This document shows positions 1-10,520 of a DNA stretch of 64,000 nt, one piece after another. Made by a program: the position numbers and the translations under genes. The stretch is from a virus. The notes below the pieces were generated by a model. The model did not search any database and had not been told where the DNA came from. It worked only from the letters and a program-made list of their open reading frames with translations. Position 1 is the first letter of the stretch, and every line of letters starts with the position of its first letter. Where the stretch lies: IMG/VR virus record IMGVR_UViG_3300045988_173642, positions 32,001 to 96,000 of that record; one strand, given 5' to 3'.

Positions 1-92
1 AATCTTCATAGCCAAACCAAAATTTGGCTATGCTTTGTCTCTATCTTTGCGCCAAGTTCAATCATGAACGAAACTAAACAAACACAAAAACT

Positions 93-599
93 ATGCAGAT
101 TAAAACTAACAACGGCGACTTCGATGTTGCCAGTAAGGGGCTTGGCAACACGGCCCTTGGTCTTGGCATTGCGGGCTTGGCAACAAGTCTGCTCGGTGGC
201 GGTGCCACTTTGCTCGGAGGCTTCGGCAACAAGCCGACCATGAACACCAATGACCCCGATGCGCGATTCGTCACGAAATCGGAGACTAACCTCATTCAGG
301 AGAACTCTACACTCAAGACGGAGCTTGCTATTCAAAAGAGCGAGAACTACACCGATAAAAAGTTGGTGGAAGTGACGGCTTACATTGAGGGCAAAATCAA
401 TCGCCTCGAAGACAAAGTGAATGCCAATAAGGATGCTCAGCAGGCCATCAATGCTCAGCAAATGGCTTATAACGCCGCAGCAAATGCCAACATCGACGTA
501 CTGAAGTCGCAGGTGGCTGCACTGACAAGCGTCACGAAGATGTACATTCCGTCCAGCAATGTTTGCCAAACGAACTGCGGATGCGGATGCACCGCCTAA
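93..599 (+). CDS. hypothetical protein (Gly-rich hydrophobic N-terminus, coiled-coil centre, Cys-rich C-terminal tip CQTNCGCGC)
   Basis: 168-aa ORF at the head of a tightly packed plus-strand run. Features were read from the translation; no family recognised. Confidence 0.5.
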   Translation: MQIKTNNGDFDVASKGLGNTALGLGIAGLATSLLGGGATLLGGFGNKPTMNTNDPDARFVTKSETNLIQENSTLKTELAIQKSENYTDKKLVEVTAYIEGKINRLEDKVNANKDAQQAINAQQMAYNAAANANIDVLKSQVAALTSVTKMYIPSSNVCQTNCGCGCTA

Positions 600-606
600 A
601 AGATGA

Positions 607-1035
607 ATGAAGATGAATTTCACAAATTCACAAATCCTGGCAGCCGTCGTGTCCGAATGGGCACGGCCTGCCATTTCTCAAATTGCGACGGGAAAGCTCA
701 TGCACCTACCAATGCTGCAATCCATGCAGGCCACCATCGCCTCAATGGGACTGGTTAGCGGGGATTATGCGTTGCAGAAAGACATTGAACCGCTCATTCA
801 GCCCATAATCAACTCGCTCGTCACACCGATTCTCGCCAAATACTTCGCCCAAATCCCTGAAGAGAGCATCCCGCAGATGGCACACGACATTGTGGAAAAG
901 GTCAGATACAACGGCCCATTGTCTGTGCTTGAAGACATGGTGACCTTCGACGAGGAAGACCTTGACGAATTGGCCGACCTGTTGCAGAAGAACCTCCCCG
1001 TTGAAACGACGGAGACTTATCAAATAAAGAGATAG
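607..1035 (+). CDS. hypothetical protein
   Basis: 142-aa ORF starting 8 nt after the previous stop, same strand; no family recognised. Confidence 0.5.
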   Translation: MKMNFTNSQILAAVVSEWARPAISQIATGKLMHLPMLQSMQATIASMGLVSGDYALQKDIEPLIQPIINSLVTPILAKYFAQIPEESIPQMAHDIVEKVRYNGPLSVLEDMVTFDEEDLDELADLLQKNLPVETTETYQIKR

Positions 1036-1042
1036 AAGAAAC

Positions 1043-1519
1043 ATGAAAAGCGGCGGCAAGCATCGTCGCATTACTAAAACAGAAAAGATTATGAACAAAA
1101 AAACGCTTCCGGCCAACATTACGGCCACACTTGCAGTTGGCGCAACGGCCACTGCTCCTTATTATGACATCAACATCACGCAGCAGCTCTGCACACCGGC
1201 CTGCGTGGACGAAACGCCCGTGTTCTCCCCTACTTTCATGGTGAAAAGCATCGCAAATGTCGGCACCTCGCAATATTTGGTGGTGATACACGTGGAGGGC
1301 GTGGTCAACTACATTCCTTGCAACTGCGGCCCATGCTGCACGAGGTCGCAAGTCATCAGTCAGGATTTCACGATTCCCGTCTTTAGTGCAACGCCCGTAA
1401 CCGCCGTCAAGCCATCCATCGGAACGGTGCAAAACGGCATCGCACGCATTTCCTGCTGCGCCTGCTCTAAAACGTTCGTGTCGGACGTACCATTGACGCT
1501 GACCATTACAAATGCCTAA
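1043..1519 (+). CDS. hypothetical Cys-rich protein (CNCGPCC, SCCACS); alternative start MNKKT at 1090
   Basis: 158-aa ORF packed between neighbours; many Cys pairs in the translation. Confidence 0.5.
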   Translation: MKSGGKHRRITKTEKIMNKKTLPANITATLAVGATATAPYYDINITQQLCTPACVDETPVFSPTFMVKSIANVGTSQYLVVIHVEGVVNYIPCNCGPCCTRSQVISQDFTIPVFSATPVTAVKPSIGTVQNGIARISCCACSKTFVSDVPLTLTITNA

Positions 1520-1525
1520 TAAGTC

Positions 1526-1822
1526 ATGCTCTTGCTGACTGCGTTTGCCGCCATGATTTCCGCCACCCTTATTCACCATCTCGGACTGGCACAGGCCATC
1601 GCTGGTGTTGTGAAGAAGGTGACGGATTGCGGACAATGTTTCACGTTTTGGACCACACTCACGGGCCTGCTCTATTCCGGCGGCAACATCATCACGAGCA
1701 CGCTTCTGGCCATCATTATGGCCTACTTATATAATTGGTTTGTTTTACTTTTGTTGCTTTTGCAACGAATATTCACTAACTTGTATGGCAAAGAAACAGA
1801 ACAACGACAAAAAGGCGAATAA
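1526..1822 (+). CDS. small membrane protein, about 3 hydrophobic segments (holin-like size and topology)
   Basis: 98 aa. Hydrophobic stretches LLLTAFAAMISATLI, FWTTLTGLLYSGG, LLAIIMAYLYNWFVLLLLLL, then a charged tail. Confidence 0.45.
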   Translation: MLLLTAFAAMISATLIHHLGLAQAIAGVVKKVTDCGQCFTFWTTLTGLLYSGGNIITSTLLAIIMAYLYNWFVLLLLLLQRIFTNLYGKETEQRQKGE

Positions 1823-1930
1823 GGATGAACAAAAAGTTGGCACAAAACGTGTTGGCTTCTTCGCTACCTTAGTACCGGCAATACCAAAATTCAAAGGCAT
1901 TTGCCCTAACTGTTAAAACATAAACAAAGC

Positions 1931-2431
1931 ATGAAATACATACAACTGATTGAACAGGCAAAAACACATGGTGTGACATCGGAAAAGAAAATGTGGAACG
2001 CAATGGAGAAGATGTCGTGCGACCTCTCCTTGCTGGAAGAGGAAAAACCAGCGCTCTACTGGCGCATCATGCGCAACCAACACGCCGTGCTCTACGACCG
2101 CCACTATAGTGAGAAATTCGCCAACCACGATGTCAACCGCCTTGTCTACAGTAAAACAGACGAGAACGGGGAACCGGCAGGATATGGCGCCCACTGGACA
2201 CGTGCGCAGATCATCGACGCGACCAAGGGCATGAAGTTTCACCAGAAGGTCAACGACTGGGACAAATATGTCGCTTTCAACGCCATGTATGCCGACCTTT
2301 CGGCAAAGATGACCGACGAGGAGATCATCAAAGCTGCTTATCTGTTTTACTTCTGCGATGCCGACTGGCAACCGGAAGACGACAACTGCACGAAAATCTG
2401 GGATTATACGGCGATGCACGCCAATATGTAG
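1931..2431 (+). CDS. hypothetical protein
   Basis: 166-aa ORF followed by a hairpin plus T-tract at 2461-2506. Confidence 0.55.
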   Translation: MKYIQLIEQAKTHGVTSEKKMWNAMEKMSCDLSLLEEEKPALYWRIMRNQHAVLYDRHYSEKFANHDVNRLVYSKTDENGEPAGYGAHWTRAQIIDATKGMKFHQKVNDWDKYVAFNAMYADLSAKMTDEEIIKAAYLFYFCDADWQPEDDNCTKIWDYTAMHANM

Positions 2432-2460
2432 CTCGCTGAATTTCAACGAATAAGAACAGA

Positions 2461-2506
2461 AAGCCCCCTTGCGAAATGAAAACAAAACGTAAAGGGGCTT
2501 TCTTTT
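2461..2506 (+). terminator. intrinsic terminator-like hairpin
   Basis: AAGCCCC ... GGGGCTT stem followed by TCTTTT, directly after the 1931-2431 ORF. Confidence 0.5.
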
Positions 2507-2615
2507 GATGAAAAAATCTGAAAACTAATACGTTTATAAGATATTCTAATCAAAAACGCATCTCGGATAAGATAATCTTTTCTAACTTCGCTATCCTCAA
2601 AAACCACTTGAAAAC

Positions 2616-3521
2616 ATGGAATTACGTCATCTACGCTCTTTCGTCAGTGTCGCCGAAACGCTTTCTTTTTCTTTGGCAGCCATGCGATGTTTTGTCACTC
2701 AGTCGGCCATCAGTCAACACATCAAAGCGCTGGAAGACAAACTTGGCTGCAAACTATTTATTCGCTCTTCACACGAAATCACACTAACGGAAAGCGGAGC
2801 GGCCTTGTTGCCGCGTGCAAAAGAGATTCTCAAACAAGCTGAAGACTGCAAGGAACACATTAACGCCATCAACAACTGCATGAAGGGTGAGCTGCGCATC
2901 GGCGTTGGCTCGTTTATCGCACCATACATCCGCGAGGCAGCACTCCGCTTCATGGAGCGATACCCTAACGTGCGGCTGAATGCGGAACTTACCAAGGCAA
3001 CCAGTCTCAACCGCTTGCTGAAGGAACACACCATCGACCTGGCATTCACGATGAACACGGCCTACCAGGATGAAGGCATTGAAACACAACCTTGCATCCC
3101 CTTCCATATCTACACCGTCATGCGAAACACGCATCCGCTGACGCGCCTGCCGAAGGTGACGTATGAGGATTTGTTGAAGCATAGCGTGATTATGCCAGAT
3201 GTAGGTGACCGCTTGTTCAACACTTTTCAACAATACCTGCAACACGACCTGACGAAACTAAATGTCAAGTGCATCGTCAGTGACCCAGACGAAGACTTGG
3301 CCATTGTGGAACAAACGTCCTACATTACCTTCATGTCGAAACTCTACATGAAGCAACATCCAACGTTGGCGGCACGCCCTATCGTTGGCCTGGAACACGA
3401 ATTAATGAGCAACGCGCATTGGATGCAAGATGTGCCAATGAAACGCTCAGCACAAATTTTTCTTGACATCATCCGACAGGAGGTGGTGCCCTACATTAAA
3501 GAACTGGAAAAACTCTACTGA
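2616..3521 (+). CDS. LysR-family transcriptional regulator
   Basis: N-terminal wHTH signature MELRHLRSFVSVAETLSFSLAA...QSAISQHIKALEDKLGCKLF...TLTESG. About 300 aa with a substrate-binding-size C-terminal part. Confidence 0.85.
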   Translation: MELRHLRSFVSVAETLSFSLAAMRCFVTQSAISQHIKALEDKLGCKLFIRSSHEITLTESGAALLPRAKEILKQAEDCKEHINAINNCMKGELRIGVGSFIAPYIREAALRFMERYPNVRLNAELTKATSLNRLLKEHTIDLAFTMNTAYQDEGIETQPCIPFHIYTVMRNTHPLTRLPKVTYEDLLKHSVIMPDVGDRLFNTFQQYLQHDLTKLNVKCIVSDPDEDLAIVEQTSYITFMSKLYMKQHPTLAARPIVGLEHELMSNAHWMQDVPMKRSAQIFLDIIRQEVVPYIKELEKLY

Positions 3522-4399
3522 GTCTTCTACCAAAACCGAAAAAAAGAACAATTTCCAAATATCCAACTTATCTCATGCAGCTGCACGCCGATGGGCAAAA
3601 GTTCAACTTTGAACTTCTGACCTGTCGGCGTGCGCATTTTTGGACTTTTCGTCTGGAAATCTGAAAAAACGCCGATACAACACAAAACCAAAAGTTCAAA
3701 ACAGATACAAAAGTCCATAAGAAATCCATACTGTGTTCCCTATTTGTCTGTTGATTAATTTGCCTTTTCTTATTGAAACACAATTACTTATCATTCAAAA
3801 GTTCAAAAAAATTATTTTTTCATTAAACCTATACGTGAGAGAAATACATTTTATAAAATAGAAATTCATGAAATACAGTGATTTTATAGCTATTTTTTTG
3901 TGCCATCAATTTGCCTTTTCAAATATCGCTAATACATTGAAAGTCTTTAGTTTACAACAACGTTGTAGATGCTACCTACTACAATGTTGGGGTTCGGGGA
4001 TTTCGATTCCGGTAAAATTAAAAAATACGGCAAAATTTTTATATAGTATTAGGTGATTTCAGTGCATTTTTGGACTTTTAATAGACATGGAATACTGAAA
4101 GCCCACAAAATCAATTAGTTAGAAAAGTTCGTAAAATTGGACAAAGTCCAAACCAGAAATGGACCACAACGGACAGGAGAAAACAAAAAAACGGGGCGCA
4201 ACATCGCTGAAAGATGGCGGCCCGCTTCAAACGAAAGTGCGGCGTTGTTGCGAAATAGAACAAAATACGGGAAGGAGGCGGTTGACCAAGAATGCCGAAG
4301 CCGCTCATCATCAATGCTGCTGAACACAGAAAGAGCGGCAATGCCGCTCATAAGAGTGACACTGCCGCTCACATGGGTTACTGCTGCTGCTCATAAGCG

Positions 4400-7300
4400 T
4401 CACGACTTGCCCTTCATGAATTTTGTTGCCTTGTTCATGCTGTCGTAGAGGTTGCCGTGGCCGAACATATCAATCTTGGCGGGGATTGGTTCGCTCAGGC
4501 GTTTCAAGAGCGCGTTTGCGGCCTGCAAAAGTGCGGCGTTGGCTGCAACATTGCTCGCCATCAAATCATCCGACAGAGAAACGCCAGAGAGCTGAGTGGC
4601 GGAATCCGCCACATTGCCGCCGTCAAAGACACGGCGGACACTTCGCCCAGAATAATTGCGGTCGAAGTTGACAAGCGCCTTCAACAGTTGCGGACTATTC
4701 AGCATCATGGCGCGTGTCGTTTCGCGGCCGATAACGATTTCTGGTCCATTCTCGGCAACGAGCGAGGGTTGGCCGTTGATGATGGTTGCCGTTGGCGTTG
4801 TCAGTAAGTTCACGCCGCCATGCCGCGCGTTGTCTTCCCGTGCCATGAAAATTTCTCCGGTGTCGGCCACGTATGGCCGCAATTCTTGAACGTTTCCGGA
4901 ATCGTAAGTCAGCATTCCGGACGTCACCTTGAATTTGTTGGAGTTGGTATCTGCGGCCTTATTGCCTCCAAAGGCACTCGACAAAGCACCCTTAGCCATC
5001 GACAGAAGACCTCCGAGCACTGCACTGATGACGGCAATAAGCGGAATGCCCCACCAACCGAGTTTACCGATAGTCTTGGCAGAACCTTCAGCAATGCCAG
5101 CGGCCGTTCCGACACTGGCACTTGCAACAGAGGTGTTGGCGTCTTCGATGGCTTGCGCCTTCTTCGTGGCAGACAGTTCAACTTCTGACTCCGCCATCAA
5201 CGTGTTGTAGAGCTTTGTCATCACGAACTGTGTGAGTTTTTGTTTTACATATTCGCCCGTGAGGTCGATGAAGGAATTTATCATGTCGCGCGTAGCTTGC
5301 TTTACCGATTTGCTCTCGTCGGTCAGTGCTTCGCCCAAGGCTGTGCCATATTGTTCAATTGGCTTATACCATTTTATCTGCGCTTCGGCCGTTGCCTTCG
5401 CTTTGGCTGCCACGGCATCCATCAAGGAACTATTGAGTTCTGCGACGCGCGCCGCAGCGGCCATGCGGTCTTCGTCGCTGCCTTTGTGGTCTTCAATAAA
5501 ACGATAATACTCCTTCGCCTGGTTAAGTTTCAATTTCAGCAATTCAAGTTCAGGGTCGGTGCCCTTGCTCTGGCCCCACGGCAAAACGATGTCAGCATTT
5601 GCGCCGAAAGAATAGCGACGAGCACTCTCCTTGTTTGTTTCCTCTTTCGCGTCGATAGCTGCCGTCCATTGTTTATTTTCGTCTGACTTATTCCACCGAT
5701 ATTCATTCAATTTCTTTCGCTCTTGGTCATTCTTCTTCAGCGCAGCAGTATAATCTTCATCATACTTAATGAGCCGTTCGTAAAACAGTTTCCAGGCCTC
5801 TGTGTCATCGCCGAGCGTCTGCTTAATGCGGTTGCCGAAACCATCTGCGTCATCGCCAAAAAGCAGATATATGAGCGAAAGACGGCCTTTCACGCTGCTC
5901 ACATCTATCGAGAGCACCTTCACAATTTCGCGCCGTGCCTGCTCATACATGTCTAAAATCAAGTCCTTGCGCTTATTAAACGCCTGGCGGCCTGCTGCGT
6001 CGTCTTGATTCTCCAGCTCATTCAGATTGGCGAACCCGAAGCTATTAAACGCGCCATACGCTCCGCTCTTCACTGCATTCGTGAAGTCAAGTGAAAGAAT
6101 CTCCTTCTGTCGCGCCTGTTGTTGCTGTGCCGCTAACGTCAAATTGTCTTTCGCATTCTTGGTAGCTTTTTTGAAAATTTCAGCCATTACAGAGTGCAGA
6201 GGGATGCCGAGTTCCTGAGATAACTTGCCGATTTTCTTTCGCAAGGCTTCAACGTCATTATTCATAATGCTCTCCAGCAGTTCCTCAGAAAGATTCACCC
6301 CCGCAGCATCTTCCTGCTCCAACATCTGCTTCCTCAAAGATTGCTTTAGAGCCTCCCAAACGTTCGCCTTTCCGGCGATAGCCAACCGAGCCTGCTCGAG
6401 AGCCTTGTTTTCCGCCGCCTTCAGTGGAGCAACATACAACGCCTGCTCCTCCTTGTCCATACCGCGAGCAATAGCTTCTTCGAGCTTAACATTGATTTGC
6501 CGCTCGAAAAAATTAGTAACATTATCCAACAAGGCGTTGGCGTCCGCCTGTGCCTGTTTTAATTCGTCGCGCCGCGACTTTATTCGTTCGCGACGTTCCC
6601 GTGCCAAACGCTTTTCCCTTTCTTCTTCTGTTTCTCCGTCAGACAAAGTACCGAGGTCGTCAATGGGAGGTTCGTAATTGCCAATCCAGGGTTTGAAAAC
6701 GGCATCGATTTCTGACATTGATTTGACAAGTCTATTGCCGCTATTACGATACCAATTAAGAGCCCTCCATAGTCCTGTATCGCCGTAAGTGATAATCCCA
6801 GGGATGCGTCCATTTGGACCATAGCTTACAATGTTATAATCTCCACCAACTTTCCAGTTTAAACCCTTTTCTAACTTACGACTTGTCGCTCCTTTTATGA
6901 ATTTGCCAGACATTGGATGCTTTCCGCTATTTATGGCTTCTCGAACAAGCCCCAAATAGATGTCCCACACATTCTTTCCATCCTCAATGTCATCGATTAT
7001 AGCGTCATAAGAATCCACCGAAAACCACGGGGTTTTCTGCAAATACCGACGAAGATTAATTGCAGCCCCCTGCTTGTCTCTACGTCTCTCCTCCCCTACT
7101 TCTTCTACCGCCTTCTGCTTGAAACGATAATAAGTTGCCTGGGAAATCGACGTCGACAACTTGTCATAATACTTACGCAAATCGTCAACAGTCTTGATTT
7201 CAATGCCGAGGTTTGTAAGATATTGTCGATATTCCGAATTGATGCGGCGAATGAGTTTCTGCTTATTTTCCTGCGACACGTTGGCATCATCCAAGCGCTT

Positions 7301-9988
7301 TTTGTAGTGATTCAATTTGTCTTGAAGTTTTTCAACCTCCACTGCAGCATCTGTTAACGAGCTCTTCCAAGCATTTGCCTTGCGCTTGGCTTCTTCGGCT
7401 TCCTCCTGAGCCAATTTCTCGGCATTCACAAGCGACATAATCACTTCAACGGCTGTCATCACCAAAGCAATGAAAGCCCCCAGTGCATTGGCCTTGAACG
7501 CATTGTTGAATGCAGTTTGCGCGGCAGTGGCTGCGTTCGTTTCGGTAATCCAGAGGCGAACAAAAAGAGTCACCTGTTTAATGGCAACACCCATATTGCG
7601 AAACAGCGTCACACCACCGATCAAAGCACGAGCAACCAAGAAATTAATCAAAGAAGGAAGTAGATACACCAACGCTTTGATGTTGCCAACCACCAACGAC
7701 AAAGCTCCGCTCAAAGTGCCACGGAACAATGGACTATTAAGCATTTCGTTGGACATGTCATACCACACTTGTGCCAACTGCTTAACCATTTCAACACCTT
7801 CTGTTGACACAAACGCCTTCTCCCAAAGGTTATTGGCGCGATCAAGGATGCCAACAGCACTCGTCTGCTGCATCTCGTATTCATTTGTCACCGCTGTCGC
7901 TTCCTCAAAAGCCGTTTCTGCCTCATAGAGATGGTCTTTCAGCAGGTCAACGTTTTTCGACATTGTAATCATCGTCGTTATCAAGCGCTGACCATCCGAA
8001 CCAAGGTCCTTAAAGATGTCGCCCAGCACGCTCATGTTGCCCTTGTCGCGCATCTTTTCGAGAACCATCACCATTGCTTCCGCAGTTTTCCGCGATTCAA
8101 ACATCTTGGAAATGATGCCCTGCTGCAAACCAAGGTCGGTTTCTATCTCTTTATGATTACGTTGCAGCGACACGATAAATTTAGAAATGGCCGTGGCGCT
8201 AACTTCTGGCATAAGGAACAGCGCATCTGAGGCCGAGCCAAGAGCCAACAATTGGTCGGCCGTGATGCCAGCCGTGCGCGAGACACCTGTCAATCGTTTA
8301 GCAAATTCAACGATATTACCACTCGTCGCAGTACTCGTTGCCGACAATTTAAACATAGCTGAACCCGTTGCAAGCATTGCTTTTTCGATGCCCATCTTCG
8401 GAATCAGTCCCATTGTCTCCACTAGTTTTGCCAATGAAGGCAAAGACTTTTCACCCATCTCTTCACCGATGGCCACGTTGATTTGGTCGGCAGCACGCAC
8501 GAAACCAGCCAAACCTTCTGAACCATATTTACCCATGCCGAGCTTCGCACCTTCATAAGCCAGTTTTGCCAAGCCCTCCATGTTGGTGCGAGTTTCGATT
8601 TTCGCCAACGATGCCGAAAGTTTGTCAATTTCTCCTGCCGTGAGACCGCTGACCTTTCGGATGTCGGTCAGTGAGCTGGAATACTCAAAGTTCTTCTTAA
8701 TGGCCGACGTAATGACACCTTGCAACATACCGAACACCTGAAAGAGGCCGACGTATGCCGTCAAGTTTTTCAACGCCGTTGACCAAGCACCGCCCTGCTT
8801 TTTTGCCGAGCCCGTCACCTTGTCGATGTCGGCTTTAATTCGCTGCATGTTTTTCTGCGTCTCTACAAACTTCTTACTGCGGATGTTCACCTGCTTTAGT
8901 TTCTCTTCCAATTGCTTGTAAGCCTGGCGCAGTTCTTCGAGCGATGCTTTCCCGTTTTTGCTGCGGGCAATAATATCGTTGAGTTGCGTCTGCGTCAGTC
9001 GCGTGCCCTTCAACGTCTGCTCCAACATCGCATACTGCTTGCGAAGGGCAGCAACGGCATTAGAGCCTGCCGGCAATTGCTGAATTTTCTGTGCAATCAC
9101 CTCCATCGTACGCTTGATGTCCTCACCAGATGCCTTGTTAGGCTCAGACAATACCTGACGCATCTGTTTCCAGCTAATGGTGGCTTCACGTGCCTTGCCA
9201 GACACCGCCTCCAGGCGCTCTTCCACCTGCGCCAACAACTCGTTGTATTTTTGGATGGCTTGCGTATCAGTCACCGACGTGTTGTCACGCGCCGATGTCA
9301 GTGTGGTGCGGGCTCTTCTTAAATCGGAAGCGGTTGTGTCTGGCGCCCCAAGAGCGGCGGCAGACGCATCTGCCTCGCTCATCTTCCCCTTACGGCGGTC
9401 TTCTTCCGCCTCCAACTGCTTCAACGTGGAGAGGTTCGACTGATACGAAGTATCCGTTTTCTGCAGCGAACCGACAAGGTCGCGCTGCTGTTTGATGGCC
9501 TTGTCGAGCCATTGGTCGGACTGAACGTATATGTTTTTCAACCCTTCCTCAATTTTCACATACTGACCTTCAATAAGTCGAATCTCGTCGCCCACCTGCT
9601 TCATCTTCTTACGAATTTCCTCAGCACGCTTCAAGTCCGCTTCCGACCCTGTGAGTTTCGCCAATTCCGCCTTTCCAGAACCAAGGGCCCGACGGAGGTC
9701 GCGAAGTTTCGTGTTGGTCAAATCCTCCACCACCTCACTAAGCCGCTTCGTATCGTTGATGTTGTCGCGCTGCACCTGAGACAGCGCCTTCAACGTGCTC
9801 TCTGCTTTCTTGCAGGCCGCAGAGTTGGCCTCACCGGCCGCCGTCATCTTCTGTATATCGGCGGTGTATTTCTCGACGAGTCGGTCAATCTCCTCCAACA
9901 CCTGCTTGGCGGTTGCGGCATTGGCGGTGATGACCACTTTTGCTAATTTTTCTGTTGCCATGTCTATATAATATTGTTTTTGAATCAT
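4400..9988 (-). CDS. tail tape measure protein
   Basis: 1862 aa with long K/E/Q-rich coiled-coil stretches and internal hydrophobic Gly/Ala segments (GLFQVFGMLQGVITS, WWGIPLIAVISAVLGGLLSMA). Start overlaps the upstream stop (TAATG). Confidence 0.85.
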   Translation of the reverse strand: MIQKQYYIDMATEKLAKVVITANAATAKQVLEEIDRLVEKYTADIQKMTAAGEANSAACKKAESTLKALSQVQRDNINDTKRLSEVVEDLTNTKLRDLRRALGSGKAELAKLTGSEADLKRAEEIRKKMKQVGDEIRLIEGQYVKIEEGLKNIYVQSDQWLDKAIKQQRDLVGSLQKTDTSYQSNLSTLKQLEAEEDRRKGKMSEADASAAALGAPDTTASDLRRARTTLTSARDNTSVTDTQAIQKYNELLAQVEERLEAVSGKAREATISWKQMRQVLSEPNKASGEDIKRTMEVIAQKIQQLPAGSNAVAALRKQYAMLEQTLKGTRLTQTQLNDIIARSKNGKASLEELRQAYKQLEEKLKQVNIRSKKFVETQKNMQRIKADIDKVTGSAKKQGGAWSTALKNLTAYVGLFQVFGMLQGVITSAIKKNFEYSSSLTDIRKVSGLTAGEIDKLSASLAKIETRTNMEGLAKLAYEGAKLGMGKYGSEGLAGFVRAADQINVAIGEEMGEKSLPSLAKLVETMGLIPKMGIEKAMLATGSAMFKLSATSTATSGNIVEFAKRLTGVSRTAGITADQLLALGSASDALFLMPEVSATAISKFIVSLQRNHKEIETDLGLQQGIISKMFESRKTAEAMVMVLEKMRDKGNMSVLGDIFKDLGSDGQRLITTMITMSKNVDLLKDHLYEAETAFEEATAVTNEYEMQQTSAVGILDRANNLWEKAFVSTEGVEMVKQLAQVWYDMSNEMLNSPLFRGTLSGALSLVVGNIKALVYLLPSLINFLVARALIGGVTLFRNMGVAIKQVTLFVRLWITETNAATAAQTAFNNAFKANALGAFIALVMTAVEVIMSLVNAEKLAQEEAEEAKRKANAWKSSLTDAAVEVEKLQDKLNHYKKRLDDANVSQENKQKLIRRINSEYRQYLTNLGIEIKTVDDLRKYYDKLSTSISQATYYRFKQKAVEEVGEERRRDKQGAAINLRRYLQKTPWFSVDSYDAIIDDIEDGKNVWDIYLGLVREAINSGKHPMSGKFIKGATSRKLEKGLNWKVGGDYNIVSYGPNGRIPGIITYGDTGLWRALNWYRNSGNRLVKSMSEIDAVFKPWIGNYEPPIDDLGTLSDGETEEEREKRLARERRERIKSRRDELKQAQADANALLDNVTNFFERQINVKLEEAIARGMDKEEQALYVAPLKAAENKALEQARLAIAGKANVWEALKQSLRKQMLEQEDAAGVNLSEELLESIMNNDVEALRKKIGKLSQELGIPLHSVMAEIFKKATKNAKDNLTLAAQQQQARQKEILSLDFTNAVKSGAYGAFNSFGFANLNELENQDDAAGRQAFNKRKDLILDMYEQARREIVKVLSIDVSSVKGRLSLIYLLFGDDADGFGNRIKQTLGDDTEAWKLFYERLIKYDEDYTAALKKNDQERKKLNEYRWNKSDENKQWTAAIDAKEETNKESARRYSFGANADIVLPWGQSKGTDPELELLKLKLNQAKEYYRFIEDHKGSDEDRMAAAARVAELNSSLMDAVAAKAKATAEAQIKWYKPIEQYGTALGEALTDESKSVKQATRDMINSFIDLTGEYVKQKLTQFVMTKLYNTLMAESEVELSATKKAQAIEDANTSVASASVGTAAGIAEGSAKTIGKLGWWGIPLIAVISAVLGGLLSMAKGALSSAFGGNKAADTNSNKFKVTSGMLTYDSGNVQELRPYVADTGEIFMAREDNARHGGVNLLTTPTATIINGQPSLVAENGPEIVIGRETTRAMMLNSPQLLKALVNFDRNYSGRSVRRVFDGGNVADSATQLSGVSLSDDLMASNVAANAALLQAANALLKRLSEPIPAKIDMFGHGNLYDSMNKATKFMKGKS

Positions 9989-10515
9989 TAGAGCGGAATG
10001 TGAATCTCTGAATCCTCAAAGGCCTTGATGAGCGCCGTTTCGCCACGGAATCCGTAAAAATCCACGAGGTAATTCTGCATGCGCGATTGTAAATGGCGCA
10101 ACTCCATCATAATGGCTGGACGTTGAGAGCGGCCTGCGCCAGTACGCTGCCAAGACTTAACATATCGGCGAGCATAATTCGCCTTTCGCGCACTGTCGAC
10201 GTCGTCGTATTTAGTTCCGAGACCAACGCCCATATCAACGAAGCGCATGTAGTCGTTAAACGTGAACTCATAAGTCCAATTCTCTAGCGTGTCACTCACT
10301 ATTCTTCCACGGAATGAATTAACACCAACGCCTTCGGCATGCCACTGCCCACGGGCGGCACGGGCGGCATTCACAGCCATGAAGCCACTGTAGATTTCTT
10401 TCGGATAGATGCACTGCGTCTGCGTATTGATTTTCAACTGACGCAACACATCGCCAAGATACCATCTGGCGGTGTCTTTAAACTCAAAGGCCGGGTCTTG
10501 AATCGGTTTTGCCAT
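9988..10515 (-). CDS. hypothetical protein (position of a tail assembly chaperone)
   Basis: 175-aa ORF immediately upstream of the tape measure, with a 1-nt stop/start overlap. Function is inferred from position only. Confidence 0.5.
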   Translation of the reverse strand: MAKPIQDPAFEFKDTARWYLGDVLRQLKINTQTQCIYPKEIYSGFMAVNAARAARGQWHAEGVGVNSFRGRIVSDTLENWTYEFTFNDYMRFVDMGVGLGTKYDDVDSARKANYARRYVKSWQRTGAGRSQRPAIMMELRHLQSRMQNYLVDFYGFRGETALIKAFEDSEIHIPL

Positions 10516-10520
10516 AATGA

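Noticed and set aside
6-674. 222-aa minus-strand ORF overlapping 93-599 and 607-1035
   Set aside because: It is antisense to two tightly packed plus-strand ORFs, and its translation is low-complexity and hydrophobic/Arg-rich. It is most likely a shadow frame.
3945-4015. TTCGATT-containing segment GGGGATTTCGATTCCGG suggesting a tRNA T-arm
   Set aside because: The flanks pair over only 3 bp and no acceptor or anticodon arms can be drawn.
4111-4372. 76-aa and 85-aa minus-strand ORFs just downstream of the tape measure
   Set aside because: The two overlap each other in different frames with no promoter or motif. The region shows GCCGCTCA repeats, so it is left unannotated. A small membrane protein cannot be excluded.
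4423-9946. About 20 plus-strand ORFs of 60-152 aa within the tape measure gene
   Set aside because: All are antisense to the 1862-aa ORF, none has a recognisable motif, and their translations are Ser/Arg/Ala-rich shadow frames.
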